Position numbers and translations under genes: made by a program. This document shows positions 1-9,867 of a DNA stretch of 64,000 nucleotides, in pieces (positions within the stretch are counted from its first letter, which is position 1; the number at the start of each line of letters is the position of its first letter). Source of the DNA: Armatimonadota bacterium (lineage in GTDB: Bacteria > Armatimonadota > UBA10988); the NCBI GenBank assembly GCA_016235455.1, contig JACRKZ010000018.1:1-64000 (forward strand). Reading direction: 5' to 3'. The notes beneath the pieces are model-generated. The model was not told the origin of the DNA. It saw nothing but the letters and a program-made list of their open reading frames with translations, and did no database searches.

Positions 1-587
1 ATGCCCAGCCCGTCGGCCTTGAGCTGGCGAATGAGCTCGAACAGCCGCTCCACCTCGCTGGAGTCGAGGCTCGCGGTGGGCTCGTCGAGCACCAGCACCC
101 TGGCCTCCACATCCAGCGCGCGGGCGATGGCCACCATCTGCTGAATGGCCACCGAGAACGAGGAGACCGGCTGCATGACGTCGATGTCGATGCTCAGCCG
201 CGCCATGGCCGCCTCGGCGCCGACGCGCATGGCGCGCCAGTCCAGGCGACCCCAGCGCTTGGGCTGCCGGCCGAGGAAGATGTTCTCCGCCGCCGAGAGG
301 TGCGGAATCAGGTTGACTTCCTGATACACCGTGCTCAGGCCCAGGGCCTGCGCGTCCTGCGGGGAGCCGGGGTCGATGGCTCGGCCGTCGAGCTCGACTT
401 GCCCGGCATCGCGCCGGTAGACGCCGGTCAACACCTTGATGAGCGTGGACTTGCCGGCGCCGTTCTCGCCCATCAGGGCATGGACCTCACCGGCACGCAG
501 GGCGAAATCGACGCCGGACAGGGCCTTGACGCCGGGGAACGCTTTGTCGATGCCGCGCATGGAGAGCAGCGGCGGCGCTTGAGACAC
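1..587 (-). CDS. ytfR: Sugar ABC transporter ATP-binding protein (YtfR/RbsA-like), runs off the window's left edge
   Basis: Own translation: GTG start at 587 with GGAG upstream, MSQAPPLLSMRGIDKAFPGVKAL...GENGAGKST (Walker A)...LVLDEPT (Walker B); lies downstream of the SBP gene. Confidence 0.85.
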   Translation of the reverse strand, partial: MSQAPPLLSMRGIDKAFPGVKALSGVDFALRAGEVHALMGENGAGKSTLIKVLTGVYRRDAGQVELDGRAIDPGSPQDAQALGLSTVYQEVNLIPHLSAAENIFLGRQPKRWGRLDWRAMRVGAEAAMARLSIDIDVMQPVSSFSVAIQQMVAIARALDVEARVLVLDEPTASLDSSEVERLFELIRQLKADGLG

Positions 588-613
588 GAGTGGCTCCGCT
601 CACAAGGGGCAGC

Positions 614-657
614 GCGACCGCCATGGCCCCGGACCGTGCCGGGGCCATGGCGGTCGC
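614..657. other. Perfect 19-bp stem-loop between SBP and ATPase genes
   Basis: gcgaccgccatggccccgg-accgtg-ccggggccatggcggtcgc. Confidence 0.85.
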
Positions 658-671
658 CACAGAGGCAACGC

Positions 672-1691
672 TTAGTACTGGCGCTTGCCGATCTCGTCCT
701 TGGCCTGCGTCTCGTCGAAGACGCCTTCCTTGGACTCGATGCGCTTCTCGACCGGCTTGCCGGCCACGATGGCCTCGACAGCGTCGAAGAGCTGCGGTCC
801 GAGCAGCGGGTTGCACTCCACGGTGCAGTTGAGCTTGCCGGCGACCATGGCCTCGAAGGCGGCCTTCACACCGTCGATGGAGACGATGATGATGTCCTTG
901 CCGGGCTTCTTGCCAGCGGCCTCGATGGCCTGGATGGCGCCGATGGCCATGTCGTCGTTGTGGGCGAAGAGCACGTTGATGTCCTTGCCCTCGGGCGACT
1001 TGAGGAAGGCTTCCATGACGGCCTTGCCCTTGTCGCGCTTGAAGTCGCCGGTCTGCGACTTGATGATGGTCATGCCGGGATTGGCCTTGAGCACTTCCTC
1101 AAAGCCCTTCTTGCGCTCGTTGGCCGGCGCCGAACCCACCGTGCCGGTCAGCTCCGCGATCTTGGCCTTGCCGCCGGTCTTCTTGACCAGCCACTGCGCC
1201 GCGCGCTTGCCTTCCTCGATGAAGTTCGAGCCGATGAACGTCGCGTAGAGCTCGGGGTTGTCGGGGTCGATGGCGCGGTCGGACAGGATCACGGGAATCT
1301 TGGCGTCCTTGGCCTCCTTCAGCACGCTCTCCCAGCCCGTGGCCACCACCGGCGAGAACATGATCACGTCGACCTTGGAGGCGATGTAGGCCTTGATGGC
1401 CTTGATCTGATTCTCCTGCTTCTGCTGCGCATCGTCGAACTTCAGCTCGATGCCGCGCTTGGCGGCCTCGTCCTTGATCGACTTGGTGTTGGCCGTGCGC
1501 CAGCCGCTCTCCGCGCCAACCTGCGCGAAGCCGACCGTAATCTTCTTGCCGGGGTTGGCGCCGCCGGCGTCCTTGCCAGGCTCGGCGGCCTTCTTTTCCG
1601 GCGCGGGCGGCGGCGCGTCGGTCACCTTCGGCGCGCAACCGCCGAGCAGCAACGAGGCCGCCACGCCCAGCGAAAACCATCGACGAATCAT
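672..1691 (-). CDS. ytfQ: Sugar ABC transporter substrate-binding lipoprotein (YtfQ-like)
   Basis: Lipobox LGGC; VGFAQVGAESGWRTANT, QQKQENQIKAI, AHNDDMAIGA motifs. Confidence 0.9.
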   Translation of the reverse strand: MIRRWFSLGVAASLLLGGCAPKVTDAPPPAPEKKAAEPGKDAGGANPGKKITVGFAQVGAESGWRTANTKSIKDEAAKRGIELKFDDAQQKQENQIKAIKAYIASKVDVIMFSPVVATGWESVLKEAKDAKIPVILSDRAIDPDNPELYATFIGSNFIEEGKRAAQWLVKKTGGKAKIAELTGTVGSAPANERKKGFEEVLKANPGMTIIKSQTGDFKRDKGKAVMEAFLKSPEGKDINVLFAHNDDMAIGAIQAIEAAGKKPGKDIIIVSIDGVKAAFEAMVAGKLNCTVECNPLLGPQLFDAVEAIVAGKPVEKRIESKEGVFDETQAKDEIGKRQY

Positions 1692-1861
1692 GCCTGAGTC
1701 TCCTCTCTGTGGATGCTAGCACGCACGTTCCCACGATTCGAGGGCCTTCCTTCCCATCGATAGGATTGCGCAACAAGAGAAGTTCCCACAGCAAGCGGGC
1801 AGCACGTGGACAAGGGCATCGTGGCTCGCACGTTAGCGGTCGCACGCCGTGTCGCCAGTGT

Positions 1862-1890
1862 TTGACCCGCGCAAGGCCACCTGCTATACT
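1862..1890 (+). promoter_or_regulatory. Sigma70-type promoter
   Basis: TTGACC-17 nt-TATACT with extended -10 TG, upstream of the ORF at 1946. Confidence 0.7.
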
Positions 1891-1945
1891 CGGCGGCGTT
1901 GCGCGGGGCGGCCAACAGGGCGGTTCCGGCGGACAGGGAGCGGTC

Positions 1946-2440
1946 ATGGCGGACGAGCGGTGGGAACAGCTCAAACGCCTTCTGCGGCAAGCGGTCGGCG
2001 ATCATGTGGGGCGCGTCGAATACGGCAATCTGCGTCTCGAGGTCTACGACGCGGACGGTGCGGACAGTGAGAACGCGCGTATCGCCATGGCGTTCGAAGT
2101 GCCCGGTGGGTCGACCAACCAGTTCGCCGTGAGCTTCGAGGGTGGCGAGTTCGCCATGCTCGATTCGCTGGCCGATAATGTGCTGCGCATGAGCGATCCC
2201 GTGCAGGTGGTCGATCATCTCCGTGCCCAGATCGAGCAGATCCCCGACTACCGCATCAAGCGCCTCTACCATGACATCGACGAACTGATCGCCACCGGCG
2301 CCACGCGCCAGGCGGTGCTCGAGGAACTCAATCGCCTGCTGCGGCTGGGCACCGAGTTCCGCGGTGGCAGCCTGACCCTGGACGAGTTGACCGACGCCTG
2401 CCGATTCACGGCCAGCCGGTTCACTGGGGTGGAGGCCTGA
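1946..2440 (+). CDS. Hypothetical protein
   Basis: ATG at 1946 with GGGAG SD; GC3-rich codons; first gene of the + strand run. Confidence 0.75.
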   Translation: MADERWEQLKRLLRQAVGDHVGRVEYGNLRLEVYDADGADSENARIAMAFEVPGGSTNQFAVSFEGGEFAMLDSLADNVLRMSDPVQVVDHLRAQIEQIPDYRIKRLYHDIDELIATGATRQAVLEELNRLLRLGTEFRGGSLTLDELTDACRFTASRFTGVEA

Positions 2441-2442
2441 CC

Positions 2443-3192
2443 TTGCGCCGGTCAGATCTGCAGGCCGATGCCCTGGCGTTCATGTATGCCCATGAGTTCT
2501 GCGAGCAGCAGATCGAAGAGAAAGAACTCAACAACCCGCTCGCCCATGACATCCAGTTCCCTACCAAGGCCCCGCTGAGCAACAAGATCATCGACCGCAA
2601 CGAGGTCGCCGAGAAGGTCATCTTCTGCGCGTTGGCCGACCTGCACGCCCAGAAGCGGCTGATCTTCACTCTCCGGCCCGTTGAACGCGTGCTCGGCCAG
2701 CACTGGCTGTGTCGATTGCTACAGTTCTTCGGCTTCCCACGCTACCACCTGCTAGTGCAGCGCGACGGCTCGTTCAACGCTTCTCCGCTCAATACGGCAC
2801 TGGTCAATGTCTTCGACGAACTGCTGCAGCCTGGCAGCGATTTCGTCTCGGAGCCGCGGCTGCCCGTGCGCCGGTTGCTGCATCTGCTGTTCAAGAGCCG
2901 CGACGAAGAGCGTGAGCCGTACCACGACATCCTGCAGTGGGTCGGCAACGAGCTGTGCGACGAGGGTTACTACCGCGAGTCGACCGAAGTCACCGTCGGC
3001 GCCACACCGTTCAAGGAAGCGCACCCCGATCTGGAGAAGATGCGCGAAGCCGCGGACCAGGTGGCGGCGCTCAAGGATCGGCTGGCCCGCTTCGAGCGGC
3101 GCGAGCCCGAACTCTATGCCGCCCTCAAGAAGACCGTGGCCGACACCATGAAGGAGCTGTCGACGCTGTTCCAGCGCCGCTACACGCTGTGA
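2443..3192 (+). CDS. Hypothetical protein (possible GPP34-like helical fold)
   Basis: TTG start with GGAGG SD; stop overlaps the next ATG. Confidence 0.7.
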   Translation: MRRSDLQADALAFMYAHEFCEQQIEEKELNNPLAHDIQFPTKAPLSNKIIDRNEVAEKVIFCALADLHAQKRLIFTLRPVERVLGQHWLCRLLQFFGFPRYHLLVQRDGSFNASPLNTALVNVFDELLQPGSDFVSEPRLPVRRLLHLLFKSRDEEREPYHDILQWVGNELCDEGYYRESTEVTVGATPFKEAHPDLEKMREAADQVAALKDRLARFERREPELYAALKKTVADTMKELSTLFQRRYTL

Positions 3193-4298
3193 TGGTCAAG
3201 CTGGCCCGCCGCTTCTGGGATGAGGAGATCGCGCCTGTCGTGGCAGGCGTCGACCCCACCACGGCCTTCGTCGCCATCCTCGGCACCACCGCGCTTGTCA
3301 ACAAGCGCTACATCGCCGACGGGTTCATCCTGTCCTCGGCCGCCGGCCGCTGGCTGGCCATGGCCGGCTGGCTAGTGGCTCTGACGCTGGCCCTGGCCGT
3401 GCTGCGCCGCCGGCCGGGCAGTGTCGTCGCCGGCGTGGCAGCAGGGGTCGGCGGGCTGGCCGTCCTCGGCGGCGCCCTGGCGCTGGGCCGCGCCGTGCCA
3501 GCCTGGGGCTGCGTGCCCCAGCAGCTGTCCACCATCTTCGTCATGATGCTGCTGGTGTGGATACCGCTGATCCTCGCGCTGTGGTGCCAGGTCCGCGCCG
3601 ACCGGTTGCCGCCCTGGCCCAGACGCGCGCATGGGCTGCTGGCCGTCGGCGTGCTGGCCACCCTCATCGTCGTCAGTCGCCTTGGCCCGATGCGCACGCT
3701 GCTGCTCGACTTCCGGTACGACAAGCTCAACTGGTGTCTGCTGACCTTCGGCTGGCTGTATCTGGGCACGCGGCTGCCATCGCTGGTGCTCCTCGGCCGG
3801 GGCGAGACCAACGACGGGCTCGGCGCCGGACGCTGGCGGTTCTGGCTGCCTTGGACTCTGGCTATGCTGGTGTTCATGGTGGTGCTCATCGTGCTCTACG
3901 CCGGCGGGCAGAGCCAGTTCACCAGCTTCTATCCGATGTTCCGCGGCGAATGGCCCAACTGGTCGCCGGTGCGCGACGGATATGGCTTCCTGGTCGCCTT
4001 CGAGATCGCCCAAGGCTGCTACTTTCTGGCCTGGGAGTACTTCTTCCGTGGCTGGATGCTGTTCCGCCTGGAGCCGCTCTGCGGGCCGAACGCCATCCTG
4101 TGGCAGACCATCCCGTTTGTACTCATGCATCTGGGCAAGCCGGGCCCGGAGCTGCATTCGTCGCTCATCGCCGGGCTGGTGCTGGGCTGGCTGGCGCTGC
4201 GCAGCCGCTCATTCTGGCCGTGCTTCTTGCTCCATTGGAGCGCTGCGTGCACTATGGACCTGGTAGCCGTGTGGCACCTCGCCCAGCGCGTCCACTAA
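3192..4298 (+). CDS. CPBP (CAAX/Abi) family intramembrane glutamic endopeptidase
   Basis: Multi-TM; WEYFFRG, FVLMH and LLHWS motifs. Confidence 0.85.
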   Translation: MVKLARRFWDEEIAPVVAGVDPTTAFVAILGTTALVNKRYIADGFILSSAAGRWLAMAGWLVALTLALAVLRRRPGSVVAGVAAGVGGLAVLGGALALGRAVPAWGCVPQQLSTIFVMMLLVWIPLILALWCQVRADRLPPWPRRAHGLLAVGVLATLIVVSRLGPMRTLLLDFRYDKLNWCLLTFGWLYLGTRLPSLVLLGRGETNDGLGAGRWRFWLPWTLAMLVFMVVLIVLYAGGQSQFTSFYPMFRGEWPNWSPVRDGYGFLVAFEIAQGCYFLAWEYFFRGWMLFRLEPLCGPNAILWQTIPFVLMHLGKPGPELHSSLIAGLVLGWLALRSRSFWPCFLLHWSAACTMDLVAVWHLAQRVH

Positions 4299-4321
4299 CC
4301 GCCGCCAGGGAGGCGGCTCGC

Positions 4322-5974
4322 ATGAGCAGCGACACCCCCTACTGCAACCAGTCGCTGGCGGAGGCCTGGTCGACACAACCGCTGGCCGCCGGCTTTCTGT
4401 TGGGCCTGCCCGAACTGGGCACGTTCTACCCCTACTCGCCGTCGCCCGCGGCATCCGACGCGGCCTGGAGCGCACGTTCGAAGCAGGCCTTCGGTGCCGA
4501 TCGCGTGGCCGTCAGCGCGGCGCTGACCGACTTCATGGCGCCGCTGGGCATCACCGAGCCCCAGCGCCGCAACCTGGCCTTGCTGGCGCGCGAAGGCACC
4601 GGCGTGGTGATCACGGGCCAGCAGCCCGGCCTGTTCGGTGGGCCGCTCTACAGCCTGCACAAGGCGCTGACCGCCGTGGTCGAGGCCGCTCGCCTCAGCG
4701 AGCGCGGCCGGCCCACGGTGCCGGTGTTCTGGATGGCCACCGAGGACGACGACTGGGCCGAGGTCGCCTCGACCACCAGCATCGACCGCTCCGACAACCT
4801 GCGCCGACTGACGCTGGGCGCGTCGCCCTGCTCGTGCCAGTACGTGGGCGCCGTGCCGCTTGACCGCGCCGTGCTCGACGCGCTGCTGGACGAGGTGGCG
4901 GAGGCCCTGCCGAGCGGTGAACACAGCCTGACCCTGGTCGAGACGCTGCGCGGCCAATGCGCCGCGGCGTCGACGTTTGGCGAGTGGTTCGCGCGCTGCT
5001 GGCAGGCGCTGCTCGGCGAGACCGGCTTGCTCCTGCTCGATCCCACGCACCCGGCGATGCGCGCCCAGGTGGCACCGTTCAACGAGCTCCTGCTCGACGA
5101 CCCGCTGGGGCCGACGCGGCTGGCCGCTGAGGCGGGCGCCGCGCTGGAGCTGTTGGGCTATAAGCCGGGCACGCACCGCGCCGCCGACCTGTGCGCCTTC
5201 TACCTGATCGAGGACGGCTGTCGGCGGCGGCTGACCTTCGACGGCACGCATCTGAACACGGCCAGCGGCACCCGCCTGACGCCCGCCGAGCTTCGCAAGC
5301 GACTGGCCAATGACCCCACGATCATCAGCCACGGCGTGCTGACGCGGCCGGTCGCCCAGGACTACTTGCTGCCCACCGCGGGCTTTGTGCTTGGCCCGGG
5401 TGAGATCGCCTACGCCGCCCAGGTCGCTCCCATCTACGATCATCTGGGCATCGCCCGGCCGCACCTGCTGCCGCGCCGCTCGTTGACGCTCGTGCCGCCC
5501 AAGGCGGCCCGTACGCTGGAGCAGTACCACTTGCGGCCATGCGACCTGCTGGTGCCGCGCGAGACGCTCATCAGCCGCGTCGTGCGCGATCAGGAGGGCG
5601 CCGAGACGACGGCGGTGGTCGAGACCGCGCGCGCGGCCATCGCCGCGGCGCTGGCGCCGGTCATCGACCACGCCTCCGCGGTCGATGCCACACTGGCCAA
5701 GCCGGCGGAAGGCTTGGTCAATCGCTTCGGCAGCGAACTGGAGAAGCTGGAGAAGTCAGTCCAGCGTGCACTGCGCCAGCGGGCCGAGGTGCACGTCCGC
5801 CGGCTCAGCGCGGCCCATGCCTGGCTGGCACCTGACGGCCGGTCGCAGGAGCGCGTGCTGGGGATGTTGCCCTTCCTGGCGGTGGTCGGACCGACTCTGG
5901 TCGAGCGTGTTCAGCAGGCCGTGGCGAGCACGCCCTGGGACCAGCATGGCGTGGTACAGTTGGGCCATGAGTGA
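4322..5974 (+). CDS. bshC: Bacillithiol biosynthesis cysteine-adding enzyme BshC
   Basis: VITGQQPGLFGGPLYSLHKA, PVFWMATEDDD, LTRPVAQDYLLPT, GPGEIAY, QERVL motifs. Confidence 0.9.
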   Translation: MSSDTPYCNQSLAEAWSTQPLAAGFLLGLPELGTFYPYSPSPAASDAAWSARSKQAFGADRVAVSAALTDFMAPLGITEPQRRNLALLAREGTGVVITGQQPGLFGGPLYSLHKALTAVVEAARLSERGRPTVPVFWMATEDDDWAEVASTTSIDRSDNLRRLTLGASPCSCQYVGAVPLDRAVLDALLDEVAEALPSGEHSLTLVETLRGQCAAASTFGEWFARCWQALLGETGLLLLDPTHPAMRAQVAPFNELLLDDPLGPTRLAAEAGAALELLGYKPGTHRAADLCAFYLIEDGCRRRLTFDGTHLNTASGTRLTPAELRKRLANDPTIISHGVLTRPVAQDYLLPTAGFVLGPGEIAYAAQVAPIYDHLGIARPHLLPRRSLTLVPPKAARTLEQYHLRPCDLLVPRETLISRVVRDQEGAETTAVVETARAAIAAALAPVIDHASAVDATLAKPAEGLVNRFGSELEKLEKSVQRALRQRAEVHVRRLSAAHAWLAPDGRSQERVLGMLPFLAVVGPTLVERVQQAVASTPWDQHGVVQLGHE

Positions 5975-6980
5975 AGCGCGCGAACGCCCTGTAGCCGTCA
6001 TCGGCGCCGGGTCATGGGGCACGGGACTGGCCTGGCTGCTAGGCCGGCGGGGCCTCACCACACGTCTCTGGTGCCGCCGGGCGGAGTTGGCCGAAGCCAT
6101 CGCCCGCGAGCACTTCAACCCGTCGTATCTGCCCGAAGCCCAGTTGCCCGACACGGTCACTGCCACCGCCGACTTGGCCGAAGCAGTCCGTGACGCTCAG
6201 GCAGTGCTTTTCACGGTGCCGTCGGTCGGACTGCGCGCCGTCGCTGAGCAATTGGCCGCGCATCTCCCCGCTGGCGCGCCGGTCATCTCCGCGGTCAAGG
6301 GCCTGGACCACCAGACGGGCGAGCGTATGACCGTCGTACTGCGCGCGGCCATCGGCGAAGACAACCCGGTGGCGGCGCTGTCGGGCCCCAACCTGGCCCA
6401 CGAGATTGCCGCCGGCCAGCCGGCCGGGGCGGTCATCGCGCACCCGGACCCCGAAGTACGCCAGCCGCTGCAGGCGCTGCTCAGTTCGCCCACGTTCCGC
6501 GTCTACACCAACCCCGACGTGGCTGGCGTGGAGCTGTGCGGCGCTCTCAAGAACCCTCTGGCCATCGCCGCCGGCGTGAGCGACGGTCTGGGCTATGGCG
6601 ACAACACCAAGGCTGCGCTGATGACCCGCGGCATGCACGAGATCACGCGCCTGGGTGTGGCATTGGGTGCCGACCGCCGCACGTTCGCCGGCCTATGCGG
6701 GTTCGGCGACCTGCTGGCCACCTGCCACAGCCCGCACAGCCGCAACCGCACCCTCGGCGAGCGCCTGGGTCGCGGCGAGGGCCTGGACCACATCATCCAT
6801 GCCAGCAGCGAGGTGGCCGAGGGCGTGCCCACCACTCGCACCGCCACTCGCCTGGCGCGTGGCTTGGAAGTGGAGATGCCCATCCTCTACGAGCTGCACG
6901 CCGTGCTATTCGAGGGCAAGCCGCCAAGCGAGGCGGTGGAGACGCTGCTGGGGCGGATCACGGTGGAGGAGTTCCACTAG
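5967..6980 (+). CDS. gpsA: NAD(P)H-dependent glycerol-3-phosphate dehydrogenase
   Basis: GAGSWGT, LSGPNLA, GVELCGALKN, GDLLATC..SRN motifs. Confidence 0.95.
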   Translation: MSEARERPVAVIGAGSWGTGLAWLLGRRGLTTRLWCRRAELAEAIAREHFNPSYLPEAQLPDTVTATADLAEAVRDAQAVLFTVPSVGLRAVAEQLAAHLPAGAPVISAVKGLDHQTGERMTVVLRAAIGEDNPVAALSGPNLAHEIAAGQPAGAVIAHPDPEVRQPLQALLSSPTFRVYTNPDVAGVELCGALKNPLAIAAGVSDGLGYGDNTKAALMTRGMHEITRLGVALGADRRTFAGLCGFGDLLATCHSPHSRNRTLGERLGRGEGLDHIIHASSEVAEGVPTTRTATRLARGLEVEMPILYELHAVLFEGKPPSEAVETLLGRITVEEFH

Positions 6981-7045
6981 GTTCGGCGACCGCCACACGG
7001 CAGGAACGGGCGGCCGCGCAACGAACCACGCGGTCGGAGAGTTCC

Positions 7046-7792
7046 ATGCCGACCGCCGCTGCCAACTACCTGTCCGCTGTCCGCCGCATTCTGGAGCACA
7101 TCGAGACGACGCAACTCGACGTCGTCGACCAGGCCGCTGTGATCGTTGCCGACTGCCTGTCGGCCGGCGGCGCGGTCTGGTGCGGCGATATCGGCCATGG
7201 CAACGAAGGCGACTTCATTAACCGCGCCGGCGGGCTGGCTTGCCTGCACAAGTTCAGCTTCGGCTTCAACCTCCATCAGCCTGTCGCCCGGTGCTTGGAG
7301 GGCCGGCCACGGCCCGAGCCGTTCGACCAGGAGGCCGAGACCGTGCGCGCTTGCCTCAAGCTGAGCAACACGCGGCCTGGCGATGTGCTGCTGATCAGTT
7401 CGGTCTCGGGCAAGAACATCCGCCCCGTGGAGATCGCCCTGGCCGCCCGCGGGATGGGCGTCAAGGTCTTCGCGCTGACGTCACTGCCGTATACGAGTCG
7501 CGTGGAGAGCTTGCACCCGTCGGGCCAGAAGCTGTGCGATGCCGCCGACCTGGTGCTGGACATCGGCGCGCCCTACGGCGACGCCGCCGTCACGATTCCC
7601 GGCTACGAGTGCGACCTTATGCCCGTGTCTGGCGTCTCCATGATCGTGCTCGGCTGGTGCCTGTGGGGTCGCGTGGCCGAGATGCTCGCCGAGCGGGGTA
7701 CGCCGGCCAGCGTCTTCATGAGCTTCAACCGCGATGGCGGCCCCGAGTTCTATGACCAGCAGGCCAAACGCTACCACGAACTGGGATACTGA
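7046..7792 (+). CDS. SIS-domain (sugar isomerase) protein, divergent copy
   Basis: GDVLLISSVSGKN, SLHPSGQKL, DIGAPYGDA motifs. Confidence 0.8.
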   Translation: MPTAAANYLSAVRRILEHIETTQLDVVDQAAVIVADCLSAGGAVWCGDIGHGNEGDFINRAGGLACLHKFSFGFNLHQPVARCLEGRPRPEPFDQEAETVRACLKLSNTRPGDVLLISSVSGKNIRPVEIALAARGMGVKVFALTSLPYTSRVESLHPSGQKLCDAADLVLDIGAPYGDAAVTIPGYECDLMPVSGVSMIVLGWCLWGRVAEMLAERGTPASVFMSFNRDGGPEFYDQQAKRYHELGY

Positions 7793-7793
7793 G

Positions 7794-8900
7794 ATGGGTG
7801 AGGCGCGGCGGGTGATCGAGGGTGTGCGGCAGGTCGGGTTCTACCCGGATCTGGGCTGTCAGGGCTGTCCCGAGGACATGCCGTTCCCGTCAGCCCTGGC
7901 CGCCTGCCTGGAGTACCTGGGCGAGGACCGGCAAGCAGGCCCGTTCCAGAGCGGCCAGGTGTTCGACCACGGCGGACTGACCGCGCATCTGATGGCCGTC
8001 TCTGGCAACAGCTTCCAGCTCTGCTGGCAGCCCGGTTGGCACATGGACAATGTGTCGCTGCCCCACCTCACCGAAGACCCCGATGAGCCCTACCGCCGCG
8101 CGCTGTGGGCCGTGGGCCGGCCAAATATGCTGGTCAAGCGCGCCGCCGACCGCGACAATGCCGCCCTGTTCCGCCGCGCGGTGACCGAGAGCATCGACCA
8201 CGGCGTGCCGCTGCTGGGCTTCGGCGTGGTGGGCCCGCCCGATGCGAGCATCATCACCGGCTACGATGACGGCGGCGAAGTGGTCATCGGCTGGAGCCAC
8301 TTCCAGGCCTGGGCCGATGCCACACCGGGTCTGGCCTTCGAGCCCGACGGCCAGTATCGCCGCCGGGGCTGGCACGACGCCTGCGAGATGCTGCTGCTCC
8401 TCGGCCGCGCGGTGCCCCGGCCGCCACTGGACGAGGTGGTGCGCGAAACGCTCCGGCACGCCGTGGCCATCATGGGCCGCGTCTCGTCCCGGCCCGTGGG
8501 GTTGGCGGCCTACCGGGCCTGGGCCGACCAGTTGCGCGGCGCGACCGACGTCAGTTCCGACGACATGCTCACGCTGCGCGGGCAGTTCGCCGTGCACGAC
8601 GACGCCGTGGGCACCATCGCCGAGACGCGCTGGTATGCCGGCCAGTGGCTGCAGCGCGTGCTGGCCGACGGCATCGGGCCAGCCGCCCCGTTGACCGCGG
8701 CGGCGGCCTGCTTCGACCGCCAGCACGACCTGATGTGGCGCGCCTGGGGCCTGGTCGGCGGCAATGGCCGTGACGATGCCAAGGCGCTGGCCTTCGCCGA
8801 CCCCGCCGTGCGCGACGCGCTGGCCGAAGTCATCGAGCAGGCGCGCGACGAAGAGGCGGCGGCCGGCGGGCATCTGCGCGATGCGCTGGCGACGTGGTGA
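7794..8900 (+). CDS. Hypothetical protein with papain/C39-like motif pattern
   Basis: ATG just after the SIS stop; SIDHGVPLL...IITGYDD pattern. Confidence 0.7.
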   Translation: MGEARRVIEGVRQVGFYPDLGCQGCPEDMPFPSALAACLEYLGEDRQAGPFQSGQVFDHGGLTAHLMAVSGNSFQLCWQPGWHMDNVSLPHLTEDPDEPYRRALWAVGRPNMLVKRAADRDNAALFRRAVTESIDHGVPLLGFGVVGPPDASIITGYDDGGEVVIGWSHFQAWADATPGLAFEPDGQYRRRGWHDACEMLLLLGRAVPRPPLDEVVRETLRHAVAIMGRVSSRPVGLAAYRAWADQLRGATDVSSDDMLTLRGQFAVHDDAVGTIAETRWYAGQWLQRVLADGIGPAAPLTAAAACFDRQHDLMWRAWGLVGGNGRDDAKALAFADPAVRDALAEVIEQARDEEAAAGGHLRDALATW

Positions 8901-8917
8901 GATCGAGGAGACAAGGC

Positions 8918-9670
8918 ATGGCAGAACCCACGGGCGCGGACCGCTTCTTCGCCGAGGCCATCGCGACGCTGGAGCGTGTGCGCGAGCAGCAGGCCGGCAA
9001 CCTGGCCGCGGCGGCGGCGTTGTTGGTGCAGGCGGTGGCCTCGGGCCGGCAGATCTTCAGCTTCGGCGCGAGCCACTCGTTCATGCTCACCGAGGAGTTG
9101 GTCTACCGCACCGGCGGGCTGATGCTGGTCAACCCGATCTACCCGCATGGCATGAACCTGATGGTGCGGCCAATGACCATGACCAGCCAACTCGAGCGCG
9201 TGCTCGGGCTGGGCGCCGAACTGCTCCGGGGCACGGCCATCGCCGCGGGTGACGTGCTGCTCCTGGCCAGCGTGTCGGGTCGCAATGCCGTCGCCATCGA
9301 CATGGCGCAGGCCGCGCGCGACCAGGGCGTGAAGGTCATCGGCATTACCTCGCTGGCCTATACCAACAGCGTGACCAGCCGCCATCCCTCGGGCCACAAG
9401 GTGCTGGACCTGTGTGATGTGGTGCTGGACAACGGCGCGCCGGCCGGTGATGCCGCGGTGGCCTTCGAGGGCTGCCCGCAGCCCGTGGGCCCGCTGTCGA
9501 GCGTGACCGGCCTCGCGCTGGTCAATGCGCTGGTCTGCTCGGTGGTCGACGAACTGCTGCGCCGCGGCATCGAGCCGCCGATCTTCCAGAGCTCAAATCT
9601 GGACGGTGGCGATGCTTGGAACGCGCGTCTCCTGGCAGAGAATCGCGACCGCATCCACTACATGACATGA
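8918..9670 (+). CDS. SIS-domain protein (UPF0309-like)
   Basis: FSFGASHS, YRTGGL, SVSGRN, SRHPSG, DNGAPAGDA, SSNLDGG motifs. Confidence 0.85.
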   Translation: MAEPTGADRFFAEAIATLERVREQQAGNLAAAAALLVQAVASGRQIFSFGASHSFMLTEELVYRTGGLMLVNPIYPHGMNLMVRPMTMTSQLERVLGLGAELLRGTAIAAGDVLLLASVSGRNAVAIDMAQAARDQGVKVIGITSLAYTNSVTSRHPSGHKVLDLCDVVLDNGAPAGDAAVAFEGCPQPVGPLSSVTGLALVNALVCSVVDELLRRGIEPPIFQSSNLDGGDAWNARLLAENRDRIHYMT

Positions 9671-9684
9671 TGGTCCGCGGAGCT

Positions 9685-9720
9685 CCAGAGCCGGCACCGA
9701 GGCCGGCTCTGGCGTCCTTT
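9685..9720 (+). terminator. Probable intrinsic terminator
   Basis: ccagagccggc/gccggctctgg hairpin followed by a weak T run. Confidence 0.55.
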
Positions 9721-9867
9721 CCACGTAACACTATGGCCTGGCACAGCGTAACCGCGTAGGCAAACGCAAGCGCTTTCAGGTTCAGGTGGGGATTGGGTAT
9801 TCACCTGCGCCGCCCACACAGCCACACCCGCGCCAGGCCGGCGCGTCTCGTGGCCGATGGCCTCAGC

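Noticed and set aside
300-1697. 465-aa + strand ORF
   Set aside because: Antisense to the clear ABC SBP and ATPase genes
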